IMG/VR virus record: IMGVR_UViG_3300043172_001414
From: a virus
Taxonomy: Duplodnaviria > Heunggongvirae > Uroviricota > Caudoviricetes
Length of the DNA stretch: 64,000 nucleotides
Direction: 5' to 3' (one strand)
A model generated the notes under the pieces. It did no database searches and was not told the origin of the DNA. It was given only the letters and a program-made list of their open reading frames with translations. The position numbers were made by a program, and so were the translations under genes. This document shows, piece by piece, positions 9,067 through 18,784 of the stretch. Position 1 is the first letter of the stretch. Every line of letters starts with the position of its first letter.

Positions 9067-10218
9067 ATGCCATCTGTTAAAGAACTACAGAAAATAATTG
9101 AAGCAACACCCCACAATCAACCTATCCTCTTAGAGGGTATTCACGGTATAGGTAAATCAGAATCGCTCAGAGATCACTTCGTAGCACAAGGCTATAGAAT
9201 GATCACACTATTTGTTGGTCAAATGGCTGATGCTGGTGACATGATCGGACTGCCCGACAGAACTGAAGTTGAAATCGAAATGATCGATAAAGACGGAACA
9301 GTTAGAAAAGGTACTACCAAAATAACAGAGTTTTGCCCTCCTAAATGGTGGCCTCTCGACCTGGGAGAAAAAGTCATTATCTTCCTGGATGAAATCAATC
9401 GTGGTAAACAAGAGATCATGCAATGTTTAATGGACATGATTCTTAATAGAAAACTTAATGGTTTAGACCTACCAGAGAACGCTAGAATCATCGGGGCCAT
9501 GAACCCTTTAGATGATGGTTACTATCAAGTAGACGAACTAGATCCGGCCTTTATGGATAGATGGAATATCTACCAATTCAAACCAGCTATTGAAGAATGG
9601 ATGGATTGGGGTGTGAAGAAAAAGATTCACGCTAATGTATTAGGATTTATCGCAAAACACTCTGACCATCTTGACCCACCAGATTCAAAACAGTGTGTTG
9701 CCACCAAAGTCTACCCTAGTAGACGGAGTTGGGAAAAGGTGTCAAACATCATTAACAACAACACAAGAATTCAACACCAATTGCTCGGTACTATTCTTCT
9801 CGGAGTTATTGGTGAGAGATCTACATCAGCATTCTTAAAGTATCTGAAAGAAGTTGACAATGGAGTATCTGCAGGAGCAGTCATCACCGGATGGGGTAAG
9901 AAGATAGAAAAAGCCATCGACAAAATGAATGTTCAAGAAGTTATCCACTTAAACTCTCAGCTCGCTATTTGGTTTGACGAGAACCAGACAACTTTAACAG
10001 CGTCTGATAGAATTGGTGCTAAGTACGCAAACAACTTAGAACAATACCTTAACTTCATTCCACCTGAATGTATGGCTCAGTTCTTCGACATTTGTGCACA
10101 GAATACTACAGACGGAAAACTATGGCCTGATAAAATCATGAGATTGAACGATCAAATAGCAGATAAATTTGTTGACATTCTTAATGGTGATCAAGAAGAA
10201 GAATTGGAATGGGACTAA
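9067..10218 (+). CDS. MoxR-like AAA+ ATPase
   Basis: Walker A GIHGIGKS, Walker B IFLDEINR, AMNP, DPAFMDR, SRRSW. Confidence 0.9.
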   Translation: MPSVKELQKIIEATPHNQPILLEGIHGIGKSESLRDHFVAQGYRMITLFVGQMADAGDMIGLPDRTEVEIEMIDKDGTVRKGTTKITEFCPPKWWPLDLGEKVIIFLDEINRGKQEIMQCLMDMILNRKLNGLDLPENARIIGAMNPLDDGYYQVDELDPAFMDRWNIYQFKPAIEEWMDWGVKKKIHANVLGFIAKHSDHLDPPDSKQCVATKVYPSRRSWEKVSNIINNNTRIQHQLLGTILLGVIGERSTSAFLKYLKEVDNGVSAGAVITGWGKKIEKAIDKMNVQEVIHLNSQLAIWFDENQTTLTASDRIGAKYANNLEQYLNFIPPECMAQFFDICAQNTTDGKLWPDKIMRLNDQIADKFVDILNGDQEEELEWD

Positions 10219-10219
10219 T

Positions 10220-11602
10220 ATGGCAAATGAAAGAGAAGCACGAGAAAAGATAGACCGAGTTTTAATTAACTGGTTCCATCAAGATGCAATGATGCTAGGC
10301 GCATGGTGCTTGGTTGATAAGATTGCGGATAAACACCAGAAGACTATGGGGATTGACACTCGTGTTAATCCCCCTATAATCAAGTATAATCCCAACTTTG
10401 TTAACGCTATACATCCAGAACAACTCGAAGGTGTAATGGCTGCAGAAGGCTTTAAAATGCTTCTGCGCCACCCTACGACCAGGCTAATGCATCCAAAGCA
10501 TATATCGAGTTTGTCTTCTACTGTTACCATTAATCAAATGATGAATGCTACAGGATTTGAAGACCTTGATGAAGCATACCCTTTACCAAGTCACTACGGT
10601 TTAGAAGCCAATAAGTTCTATGAAGAATACTTTCGTAATCTAATGGATCAAAAAACTGACACCGAAGATAAGATAAAAGAGATCTGGGATTCAATGTCTA
10701 AAGAAGAGCAAGATGAAGCAATTCAAAAAATGCTTGACAAGAACAAAGAAGACAGCGGTGAAGGTGAAGAAGAAGGTGACGAAAAAGGTGACGAAAAAGG
10801 TAAAGGCCCTGGCGAAGGCGATGAGGAAGGTGAAGGAGAGGGTGAAGGTGAAGGTGGTGGATGTGGTGAGGGCAAAGATGGTGATGGCTATCAAGAATAC
10901 AACAGCCCGAACTCAGCACTTAAAGATCACTTTGATCCTAATGGTACTTCTAACGAACAATGGGGGCCTAACAATCTATTCGATGCAGACGTTCAAAATA
11001 TGGTTGCTGACAATAAAGGTTCTATGAAAAAATGGGGTTCTCATACTGGCGATTTCTTAGCGGAAATTGTAGCAGCTAATGAGCCTAAAATATCATGGAA
11101 AGAAATTGTTAGAAGATTTAAGAACTCTGTTATGACAACAACTACTCGCTCATCCAGAATGAAGGTGAATAGACGATACGATTTAGATAGTCCTGGTAGC
11201 ATCAGAGAATATCAATGTAAGATTGCAATCTTTGTTGATATCAGTGGATCAATGTCTGACAAGATGCTTCAAGAAGGCTTCGCAGTAATTAATGCTGTCT
11301 GCAAACATGCTGAAATAACATATGGCACATTTGATACAGAGATTAAACAAGTCGAAACTAAGTACAAGAAAGCTAAAGCATTCAAAGTACTCGGTAGAGG
11401 TGGTACAATAGTTGAGCCTGTCATCCAATGGATCGATGAACATAAATACGATGGCCTGGTGGTGTTCTCTGATATGTACTTCAGTCCACCCCCTAAACCA
11501 AGAAATACAAAAGTGCTATGGTTATGCACAGCGAAAGATCAACATCCACCAGTGGATTGGGGTTTCGTAGCAAAATTAGATATGTATGAATCCCATTATT
11601 AG
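10220..11602 (+). CDS. Peptidase-like/vWA domain partner of MoxR
   Basis: MIDAS DISGSMS, GRGGT, VFSD; acidic Gly/Glu low-complexity linker; start at ATG 10220. Confidence 0.85.
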   Translation: MANEREAREKIDRVLINWFHQDAMMLGAWCLVDKIADKHQKTMGIDTRVNPPIIKYNPNFVNAIHPEQLEGVMAAEGFKMLLRHPTTRLMHPKHISSLSSTVTINQMMNATGFEDLDEAYPLPSHYGLEANKFYEEYFRNLMDQKTDTEDKIKEIWDSMSKEEQDEAIQKMLDKNKEDSGEGEEEGDEKGDEKGKGPGEGDEEGEGEGEGEGGGCGEGKDGDGYQEYNSPNSALKDHFDPNGTSNEQWGPNNLFDADVQNMVADNKGSMKKWGSHTGDFLAEIVAANEPKISWKEIVRRFKNSVMTTTTRSSRMKVNRRYDLDSPGSIREYQCKIAIFVDISGSMSDKMLQEGFAVINAVCKHAEITYGTFDTEIKQVETKYKKAKAFKVLGRGGTIVEPVIQWIDEHKYDGLVVFSDMYFSPPPKPRNTKVLWLCTAKDQHPPVDWGFVAKLDMYESHY

Positions 11603-11845
11603 GAGCAATAAATGAAAAGTCAAGAAATAGAAGAAGCAAAGAGATTAATCAACCAACGAATCAGGGATGTTGGAAAATTACCATATGATAAGGAATTAAA
11701 AGGTTTTTCTGTAAAGGCCGAAAAAGTGAAGAGAGAGGCATATGTTAGTGGATTAACGACCTCTATGGGCATTTTAGAGCAGGTACAAAAAAACTAGAAA
11801 TGATTCCGACCTATATAAATAGTTAATGACTTAGGAGGGTACAAT

Positions 11846-12010
11846 ATGAGTAACTTTAAAGAATTCATGTTCGCCCAGGCTCACGAGATTGAAATATACA
11901 AGTGGATTGAAAGTGAAAAAATTGGTTACGACTTAGGCACGTCTGCAGCGTCAACGTGGATCAAGTTACATGCCAAAACATTTAGAGATACCTGGAAGAT
12001 CAGTCATTAA
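11846..12010 (+). CDS. Small protein (54 aa) not in ORF track
   Basis: MSNFKEFMFAQAHEIEIYKWIESEKIGYDLG...; SD GGAGG; late promoter at 11814. Confidence 0.65.
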   Translation: MSNFKEFMFAQAHEIEIYKWIESEKIGYDLGTSAASTWIKLHAKTFRDTWKISH

Positions 12011-12028
12011 CAATTAACAAAAATTATC

Positions 12029-12058
12029 AACTACTAGTTCTACCGACTAGTAGTTTTT
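12029..12058 (+). terminator. Intrinsic terminator
   Basis: AACTACTAGT-7nt-ACTAGTAGTT then T-tract. Confidence 0.8.
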
Positions 12059-12083
12059 AGTTTTAACAAAGGATAGTACATTA

Positions 12084-12260
12084 ATGAACAACGATATTTT
12101 ATTAGCTAACAGTAAAGAAAGAACTAAATGTGAAATATGGACTCGTGTAATGGGATATCATCGTCCAATATCAGAGTTTAACACCGGAAAGAAAGCAGAA
12201 TACGCAGAACGACACGAATTTAAAGAAATTATAGAAAGAAAAGAAAGAATGACCAGCTAA
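12084..12260 (+). CDS. Small NrdD C-terminal-like protein (58 aa)
   Basis: CEIWTRVMGYHRPISEFNTGKKAEYAER resembles the C-terminus of anaerobic ribonucleotide reductase. Confidence 0.8.
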   Translation: MNNDILLANSKERTKCEIWTRVMGYHRPISEFNTGKKAEYAERHEFKEIIERKERMTS

Positions 12261-12270
12261 AGCAATACCC

Positions 12271-12307
12271 GATACCTCCGTTATAAATACTAATAAACGG
12301 AGGTATC
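12271..12307 (+). promoter_or_regulatory. Hairpin enclosing a late promoter and sequestering the RBS
   Basis: GATACCTCCGT/ACGGAGGTATC 11-bp arms; TATAAATA in the loop; GGAGG in the 3' arm. Confidence 0.75.
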
Positions 12308-12310
12308 ATT

Positions 12311-12859
12311 ATGAAAGTATTAGATGTAAGATATGAAGTCACACCTACTGTAAAGCAAGTAACGTGTAAAGCTGATTATGACAAAGTTCAAAAATATGTC
12401 TATGATACTAGAGGCGTTATTATTACTCCATGGGATGATCTCACCATCCAACACAAAGGAAACATCGTAGTATTCATAGATCCTTGGGAGTGTGAGGTAG
12501 AATTGCTTGATGGTGATAGAAGAAAGATCCTCAAGTACAACACTCAAATTGGATTCATCTCAGACAAAGGTTCGGTTCCTAAAAAATTAAGATCAATGGT
12601 AGATAATGATGACCCTCAATTCCTAATAGGGTTTTATATACACGACATTAACTACGGCTGCCACTATGTATCAAGAAGTAACTCAGATCAGCTACTAAGA
12701 GCTATGGGTCAAAATCGTGGCGCTGGTATCTATAAAAGGAATAAAGTATACTGGGCGCTTAAGATTGCAGGTGGAAAAGCCTATAAAGACGGCAAAAAAT
12801 TCCTTAAAAGATCAAAGACAAAAGCTAAATTCCAATATTATTACAAACCATTGAAATAA
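12311..12859 (+). CDS. DUF1353-like protein
   Basis: GFISDKGSVP...IHDINY pattern. Confidence 0.6.
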   Translation: MKVLDVRYEVTPTVKQVTCKADYDKVQKYVYDTRGVIITPWDDLTIQHKGNIVVFIDPWECEVELLDGDRRKILKYNTQIGFISDKGSVPKKLRSMVDNDDPQFLIGFYIHDINYGCHYVSRSNSDQLLRAMGQNRGAGIYKRNKVYWALKIAGGKAYKDGKKFLKRSKTKAKFQYYYKPLK

Positions 12860-13127
12860 GTATTGACAATACATATTATCTATTGTATAATTTATCCTAT
12901 ACATATAATTTATTAAGGAAAAGATACATGAATAATTTTGTAACTAAAGTGAAAAACTTTGCAATTTGTAACACCTGGATCGTATATTTAGCTGTAATGG
13001 GTTTGTTTTTGGCAGAAACTATAAACCCATTAAACCCAAAATACCTAGCATTGGTAGGAGTTACATTCTTACTCAATCTTTATAAAGATAAGGTTCGTGA
13101 CAAGCTAAAGGAAGTGGAACGCAACTT

Positions 13128-13523
13128 ATGAGAAAACTAATAACATGGATGATATCAATATTGTCCATGATATTATCATTTTCAGTTAAGTTGATAATAA
13201 AAAGACCTAAGCTGTGTATATTAACATTATTATTTGTAATAGTTTTTATACCGATCACTTATAAATACATTTTAACAGTAGATACTTTAGTTGCTACTGT
13301 TACTAAAACAGAAGGTAATAAGAACACAATGTATCTCGTCTATACAGATGTGGGAACATTTAAAATAGTTGATGATGTGTTCTATCTTAACTTTTATTCT
13401 GCCGATATGTATGGTAAGTTAATACCTAGAAAAAAATACAAATTAAAGGTACAAGGCATCAGATTTGGATGGTTGTCTTGGTACAGGAATATTGTTAAAG
13501 TTACTCCACTGGACAAACTTTAG
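13128..13523 (+). CDS. Membrane-anchored phage protein
   Basis: N-terminal hydrophobic helices, beta-rich C-terminal domain. Confidence 0.55.
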   Translation: MRKLITWMISILSMILSFSVKLIIKRPKLCILTLLFVIVFIPITYKYILTVDTLVATVTKTEGNKNTMYLVYTDVGTFKIVDDVFYLNFYSADMYGKLIPRKKYKLKVQGIRFGWLSWYRNIVKVTPLDKL

Positions 13524-13533
13524 GAGAAAAAAC

Positions 13534-13959
13534 ATGCACCACACTAAGACAAAAGGTGATATTGGAGTAGGATTCGTTGTCGCAGACCTGTTAGAAAACG
13601 GAATTGTACCAGCTCTTCCAATGTCAGAACACTTACCGTTTGACATAGTCGCTATTAGTGCATGTTCTCATATATCTAGGGTTTCTGTTAAGTATAGAGA
13701 AAAGAATAAATATGGTTGTGTAGTAGTACCACTATCTAGTGTTTGGGCCGATAAAAAAGGGAACCACGTTAAAAAAGCAGACAAGAGTTTATTTGACGTA
13801 ACAGCTATTTATTGTCCTGATACTAAGAAAGTTTATTACGTTAGAAATGACGAGACAAATGAAGCAATATCGTTACGAATAGACAAACCTAAAAACAATC
13901 AAATGATAAATATAACGTCCGCATCCGATTATGAAGGAGCAGAAAGATTATTTGGGTGA
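13534..13959 (+). CDS. PD-(D/E)XK endonuclease of the homing/intron-associated type, free-standing
   Basis: TKGDIGV...DL...G...PFDIV...RVSVKY...FDVTAIYCP; SD AGGAG before ATG 13534; stop codon lies inside tRNA-Arg. Confidence 0.75.
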   Translation: MHHTKTKGDIGVGFVVADLLENGIVPALPMSEHLPFDIVAISACSHISRVSVKYREKNKYGCVVVPLSSVWADKKGNHVKKADKSLFDVTAIYCPDTKKVYYVRNDETNEAISLRIDKPKNNQMINITSASDYEGAERLFG

Positions 13960-14027
13960 TTAGCTCAGTTGGATAGAGCATTGGATTTCTAATCCAAAGG
14001 CCAGGGGTTCGATTCCCTTATCACCTA
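13954..14027 (+). tRNA. tRNA-Arg(TCT)
   Basis: Anticodon arm TTGGA-TTTCTAA-TCCAA; canonical D and T arms. Confidence 0.93.
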
Positions 14028-14031
14028 CTAT

Positions 14032-14380
14032 GGGGATGCATTGGTATCGACATGGACACGGAAAATTAGATTGCATGTAGAGGATTTCGGTTGGCCTCTT
14101 AAAAAAGCCGGAAAAACAATAAATGCAAACAACACTTTTGCTGTAGCTGCTTAATCGCAACTAAACCACCTATTCTTGTCCTGGCTGGATAGACTGGTAT
14201 ATATCTCAGGATCGATTCTAAGCTATACTGAAGGGCTTTAGATTTAAACAACACTTCAGTTAAGCTTCAGCTGATCCGGCCTTTAGGGAGCCTCTGAAGA
14301 CGAAAAACAATACAAAGGAAAACATGTACCAATTTGATTGGAAATTTTTATGGACGAGAGTTCGAAACTCTCCATCTCCA
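14032..14380 (+). ncRNA. ssrA: tmRNA; tag (A)ANNTFAVAA
   Basis: 5' GGGGATG...TCGAC; 3' T arm GAGAG-TTCGAAA-CTCTC and CATCTCCA; tag frame 14125-14154 ending GCT GCT TAA. Confidence 0.92.
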
Positions 14381-14609
14381 CTAAGGAAAACAGTATGATT
14401 AACTATATTATAATCGGCATTACAGCAATCATGCTACTACCGATAATGAATAGAGAATCATTTGTTTACACAAAATTGCCGAAACATGTAGGAACCATGT
14501 ACGCAATGACAGTCGCCTCAATATTGGCGTATGCAACTTATAAGATAGGAAACTAAAGTATGGCTTATAACAAAGGAGTTCTCATGTAAATAATCACTAG
14601 GAGATTTAT

Positions 14610-14834
14610 ATGAGAACAAATAGATTAATAGAGCGTTATTTTGATGTTGATGAATATGGATTCGCAATGGTTCCACCAAAATATTCAAACGTTAGAATTG
14701 CTCGTTTCATGCATGGCGAAGAGATGGGGTGTAGTTTCTGCTTTCCACATGGTCAAGATACACACAATTCAAAATACAGTAAGAATCGCAACAACTGGAA
14801 GTATCACCGTAAGACCCAATGGAGGTCTTCATGA
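14610..14834 (+). CDS. Small basic protein, paralog 1
   Basis: DEYGF...PKYSN...CSFCFPH...WK..RK.QWR. Confidence 0.65.
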   Translation: MRTNRLIERYFDVDEYGFAMVPPKYSNVRIARFMHGEEMGCSFCFPHGQDTHNSKYSKNRNNWKYHRKTQWRSS

Positions 14835-15046
14835 GATTCAATAAAAAGTTATGTAAGCTGTTTACTACTGACGAATATGGGTATCCAATGATACCCGTTA
14901 AATATTCAAATACAATGATTTCTAGATACTGGAACCAGGGCTACGTATGCACCTGGGACTTCCCACACCATAATAGTGGAATTTACGCACCCAGATCATC
15001 TAAAAAATGCTGGAAGATGTACCGGAAACACCAGTGGAGAGATTAA
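14831..15046 (+). CDS. Small basic protein, paralog 2
   Basis: DEYGY...VKYSN...CTWDFPH...WK..RK.QWR. Confidence 0.65.
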   Translation: MRFNKKLCKLFTTDEYGYPMIPVKYSNTMISRYWNQGYVCTWDFPHHNSGIYAPRSSKKCWKMYRKHQWRD

Positions 15047-15345
15047 TCGTGCCTGATATCTCTATTCATTGATTTAAGTTTCTTAACCCAAGGCTCCTGC
15101 TCTGCTGTTATAACAGGTTCGCCAGTTATTGCAGCATGCTTCTTAGCTAAAGCAATATAGTCTTTCTCCAACTCTGAAAGTGCTTTAGCTTGCTCTCGAT
15201 GTTTAGTCATGAGTTCGCCAAAGAGTTTGTGTTGGCGAACCATAGACTCCTGCAGACCTTCAATACATTTTATAGCCTGTGTTTCACCACGAACCTTTAA
15301 GTCTTCTTTAACCCGTAAAGGATCTAGATTATTACTGACGTTCAT
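15043..15345 (-). CDS. Hypothetical coiled-coil protein
   Basis: ORF with heptad-like composition. Confidence 0.5.
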   Translation of the reverse strand: MNVSNNLDPLRVKEDLKVRGETQAIKCIEGLQESMVRQHKLFGELMTKHREQAKALSELEKDYIALAKKHAAITGEPVITAEQEPWVKKLKSMNRDIRHD

Positions 15346-15708
15346 ATTTTACCTGTTCAAACTAAAGTAAGTTAGTTATATTATTATAGGAGAATATATG
15401 ATATTTAATAAAAATAAGAAATCACGTAAACTTAAAACTGATAAACCTAAAAATAATACACTTAGATATAAACATCGAATAATAAAAAAGACCCAAATGG
15501 CTATATCTAAAACTAAAGTAATTATAATATAATAGGTTTTCCATATTTCCGGTCATATTCTACAGTTTCTTTGGAAAAATAATCTTCATGGAAGAAACCG
15601 TTTTCATCTATAATATTGGAAACCTGCAAGAGCCTCACTCGCTCTTCTCTTGAACGAGTTTTAGATTGCTCTTTTACTACTTTAGTTAATTCTTCAATAT
15701 CCATATCG

Positions 15709-16341
15709 TTATCGCATTTTCCAATTGATGGTTATAAAGTTATCTAGTAAATTTTTACATCTCCTGGCAACTTCTTTTTCATCATCTTCATCAGTCATGA
15801 TGTCATATATCTTAAAATAAAGACCTTCTTGTTCCATAGACTTAATCTTTAACTTAGTCGGAATAACAACTCGATCAACTCCTGGAAGCTTAAAGAATGT
15901 ATCATCTTCCTCACGAAGAATGGCAACCAGGTTATCCTTGATCTTATTGATCGTAGCTTCCTTGTTGTGTATGTGATTCCTTATGTAGATCTCGATGATC
16001 TCTTTTAGGATATACTTTTTGTATATGACAAACTTATCATATACTATTATTTGAATCTGGCTATCCGATAAGTTAGACTTCTGCGTTTGAATAACTGTGG
16101 ATAACATATTACTTACAGCCCCTAACATCTCATTATTTTTTTCGATGTTAGTTTCCTGAGCCTTAAGTGATTTTTCCAGGGGTGTTGTGATCCAACCTTT
16201 GTGACGTATCAGCAAAAATAAAATCCACATTATAAAGATAAATACAACAAAGTAACTAAAGTACCACACGGCATTCTCCCCATAAAGCGCCATAAATTGC
16301 GACAATACGTTTTTAAGATCGATTTTTTGTAAATTTTCCAT
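15709..16341 (-). CDS. Single-pass membrane protein under a late-type promoter
   Basis: N-terminal TM; TATAAATA on - strand at 16369-16376. Confidence 0.55.
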   Translation of the reverse strand: MENLQKIDLKNVLSQFMALYGENAVWYFSYFVVFIFIMWILFLLIRHKGWITTPLEKSLKAQETNIEKNNEMLGAVSNMLSTVIQTQKSNLSDSQIQIIVYDKFVIYKKYILKEIIEIYIRNHIHNKEATINKIKDNLVAILREEDDTFFKLPGVDRVVIPTKLKIKSMEQEGLYFKIYDIMTDEDDEKEVARRCKNLLDNFITINWKMR

Positions 16342-16621
16342 ATCTCATCTTATGTAATTATTTTAAATTATTTATAATATTTATTGACAGCGTTGTTAAG
16401 AATATGTATCATAATAACTTACCACAAGGAACAAATATGTACTCACGAGAATACGCACTACAAAAAAATTTAAACCTTGTCGTATACTATCGGGTTGTAG
16501 TCAATGGCATTACAATGTATTGTCACGATATAATGACCACATTACACTTTAACAATAATTTCCGATATCTAGAAGGAAATAGAATTATTTCAATAAAAAC
16601 TATTAATTAATAATAAATACA

Positions 16622-16650
16622 TTGACTTTATATAAATATTATTCTATAAT
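16622..16650 (+). promoter_or_regulatory. Sigma70-type promoter for the Ro60 gene
   Basis: TTGACT-17-TATAAT. Confidence 0.8.
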
Positions 16651-16719
16651 TGTTTTTACAAAGATACATGAAAAAGTAAGTCTACTGTAGACTACTAAAT
16701 TGAACAAAGGAGCTGTGCA

Positions 16720-18423
16720 ATGGCAAAGTTTAATAACACTCCAAGCAAGAACCGAAAGATGACTACATCAGAAGATGGCGTTAAAGCTTTCCAAAAATCA
16801 ATGTACCAAGATCTGTGTGATCGGGTATTGACATGTTTTTACGGCCAAGATAAATTCTATTCAAGTGGATATAAGGCCAACAAAGATCTTAGCAATCTGA
16901 TTCAGAAGGTCGGTAAAGAAGATCCAATGTTCCTAGCTAAATTGGCGATTCTAAGTCGTGAGAAATTTAACCTGAGATCTGTATCTCATGTGTTAACTGC
17001 AGAGCTATCAAGAATAGTTTCTACACTAAACACAAAAGAAGACATAGATACTTCAGTTGTTAAAACTGTAGCTGAAAGAGTTGTTGTTCGTGTTGATGAT
17101 ATCACTGAAATCCTCTCTTACTTAATCTACAACTACAGTAAAGAGAAGCAGTCTCAGCATGGTACAAGACACATGGATAAGAAATTCTCCAAACAGCTGA
17201 GAAAAGGTCTTCAGAATGCAATAGCTAAGTTTGATGCGTACCAACTCGGTAAGTATAAAGCTGCGAAGAAAGAAGTTAAACTCCGTGATGTTTTCCGCAT
17301 ACTTCGTCCTAAACCAATTGACGAAGACCAGGCGAAACTATGGGGTCAATTAATGGACGGTACTCTTGAACAATCTAACACCTGGGAGAATAAAATCTCT
17401 AGTGCTGGTCAGATTGACAAGAAAGGTAAGACTGAATCAGAAATCAAGAAAGAAGTTGATGATGCCAAGTCTGAAAACTGGGAAAAATTACTAATTTCCA
17501 AGAAGTTACCTTACATGGCGCTGTTACGTAACCTTAGAAACATTGTAGAAGCTAACGTATCTAAAGAAGCGGTTGACGCAGCTGTATCGTTCTTAACTAA
17601 CGAAAAGGCAGTTTTAAATAGTAAGCAGTTTCCATTCAGATTCTTCAGTGCATACAAAGCACTTAATGGTCAGGTTGGCTACGATCCTTATAATCGCTTA
17701 AGAGCTAAACTCACTATGGAAGTCGATCCTTTTGCATCAAAGTATGGTAGCGCCACTTCGAAACCATCTGTTGCTAATACTAAGGAAAGATTCTTAGCTG
17801 CTCTTAATAAAGCCCTCTGGCACTCTGGTAAAAATGTTCCTAAACTTGAAGGAAACACTGTGATTGCAGTTGACCTATCAGGATCAATGGATTCTAGATT
17901 ATCAGATAAATCAGAGGTTACTTACATGGAAGTCGGTGCTGTAATGGGGTCATTGGCTCAACAGTACTGTAATCAGTCTATTGTTTATGGTTTCGGGGCA
18001 ACTCAGCAGATCATAAAAGTTGATGAGCGTGGCGAAAATCCATTGGATCGTGTTCAGGAAATAATGAACACTAGCGTTGGACACTCCACAAACCTTCATG
18101 CAGTTATTAACGACATGACCAAACGTGGTATGCACGTAGATCAAATGTTCGTATTTACCGATTGTCAACTTAACGGAAGCTACTGGGGTGGATCTTCTTC
18201 TTCTCTGATGGGCGATCTTAAGACATACCAAACTAAAGTAAACAAGGATATTAAGGTTTACGAGTTTAACTTAGCAGCATCTGATGCTTCTACACAGTTA
18301 GATCCAAAGAACCCTAATTACTTCCACCTTAGCGGATGGAGTGATGGTTTACTTAAGAGCGTAGTTGAAATGGAAACCATGAAACACGGTATTTTGGACA
18401 TGGTGAACGCTGTAGAACTTTAG
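16720..18423 (+). CDS. rsr: Ro60/TROVE domain RNA-binding protein with vWA domain
   Basis: DPMFLAKLAILSREKFNLRSV, KFDAYQLGKY, VKLRDVFR..RPKP, TWE..ISSAG, LPYMALLRNLRN, QFPFRFFSAY, MIDAS DLSGSM, FTD, GWSD. Confidence 0.93.
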   Translation: MAKFNNTPSKNRKMTTSEDGVKAFQKSMYQDLCDRVLTCFYGQDKFYSSGYKANKDLSNLIQKVGKEDPMFLAKLAILSREKFNLRSVSHVLTAELSRIVSTLNTKEDIDTSVVKTVAERVVVRVDDITEILSYLIYNYSKEKQSQHGTRHMDKKFSKQLRKGLQNAIAKFDAYQLGKYKAAKKEVKLRDVFRILRPKPIDEDQAKLWGQLMDGTLEQSNTWENKISSAGQIDKKGKTESEIKKEVDDAKSENWEKLLISKKLPYMALLRNLRNIVEANVSKEAVDAAVSFLTNEKAVLNSKQFPFRFFSAYKALNGQVGYDPYNRLRAKLTMEVDPFASKYGSATSKPSVANTKERFLAALNKALWHSGKNVPKLEGNTVIAVDLSGSMDSRLSDKSEVTYMEVGAVMGSLAQQYCNQSIVYGFGATQQIIKVDERGENPLDRVQEIMNTSVGHSTNLHAVINDMTKRGMHVDQMFVFTDCQLNGSYWGGSSSSLMGDLKTYQTKVNKDIKVYEFNLAASDASTQLDPKNPNYFHLSGWSDGLLKSVVEMETMKHGILDMVNAVEL

Positions 18424-18454
18424 TTAATAAAAGTCAACTATTTGCATAAAGTAG

Positions 18455-18483
18455 TTGACTAGTTAATGAAAAGTTGCTATAAT
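18455..18483 (+). promoter_or_regulatory. Sigma70-type promoter of the Y RNA array
   Basis: TTGACT-17-TATAAT; -35 overlaps a 9-bp inverted repeat AGTCAACTA/TAGTTGACT. Confidence 0.8.
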
Positions 18484-18505
18484 TAGAATATACAAAGGAA
18501 TTAAT

Positions 18506-18593
18506 AAAAAATAATTAGCGATGCAAGAAAGAGATACTTCGAAACTCTTAATTTCATCAAGCCCTCTTTCTGCTACTTTCCTAATTATTTTTT
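18506..18593 (+). ncRNA. Y RNA-like unit 1 (short, no tRNA module)
   Basis: Terminal stem AAAATAATTAG/CTAATTATTTT; GATGCAAG...TACTTCG; inner stem GAAAGAG/CTCTTTC. Confidence 0.7.
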
Positions 18594-18618
18594 ATACCTT
18601 TGTTTAATAAATGAGATT

Positions 18619-18770
18619 TTAATAAAAAAGATGTGTTGCAAGTTTAACTTACTTCGATTATTTATACATAATAGGTTGCTGGTTCGAGTCCAGTCGTGGG
18701 AGCAATCCCATGTAGCTCAATTGGTAGAGAAAAAATATGTTAGACTGTCCCTTTCCATCTTTTTTATTAA
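18619..18770 (+). ncRNA. YrlA-like Y RNA unit 2
   Basis: Stem AATAAAAAAGATG/CATCTTTTTTATT; GTTGCAAG...TACTTCG; T arm CTGG-TTCGAGT-CCAG, closed acceptor, D arm TAGCTCAATTGGTAGAG. Confidence 0.85.
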
Positions 18771-18784
18771 GATTTTAAAAAATT

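Noticed and set aside
10691-11027. Several overlapping alternative-frame ORFs
   Set aside because: By-products of the GAAGGT low-complexity linker of the vWA gene
13534-13959. Group I intron hosting the PD-(D/E)XK ORF
   Set aside because: No interrupted host gene and no intron core helices recognisable; the ORF abuts an intact tRNA
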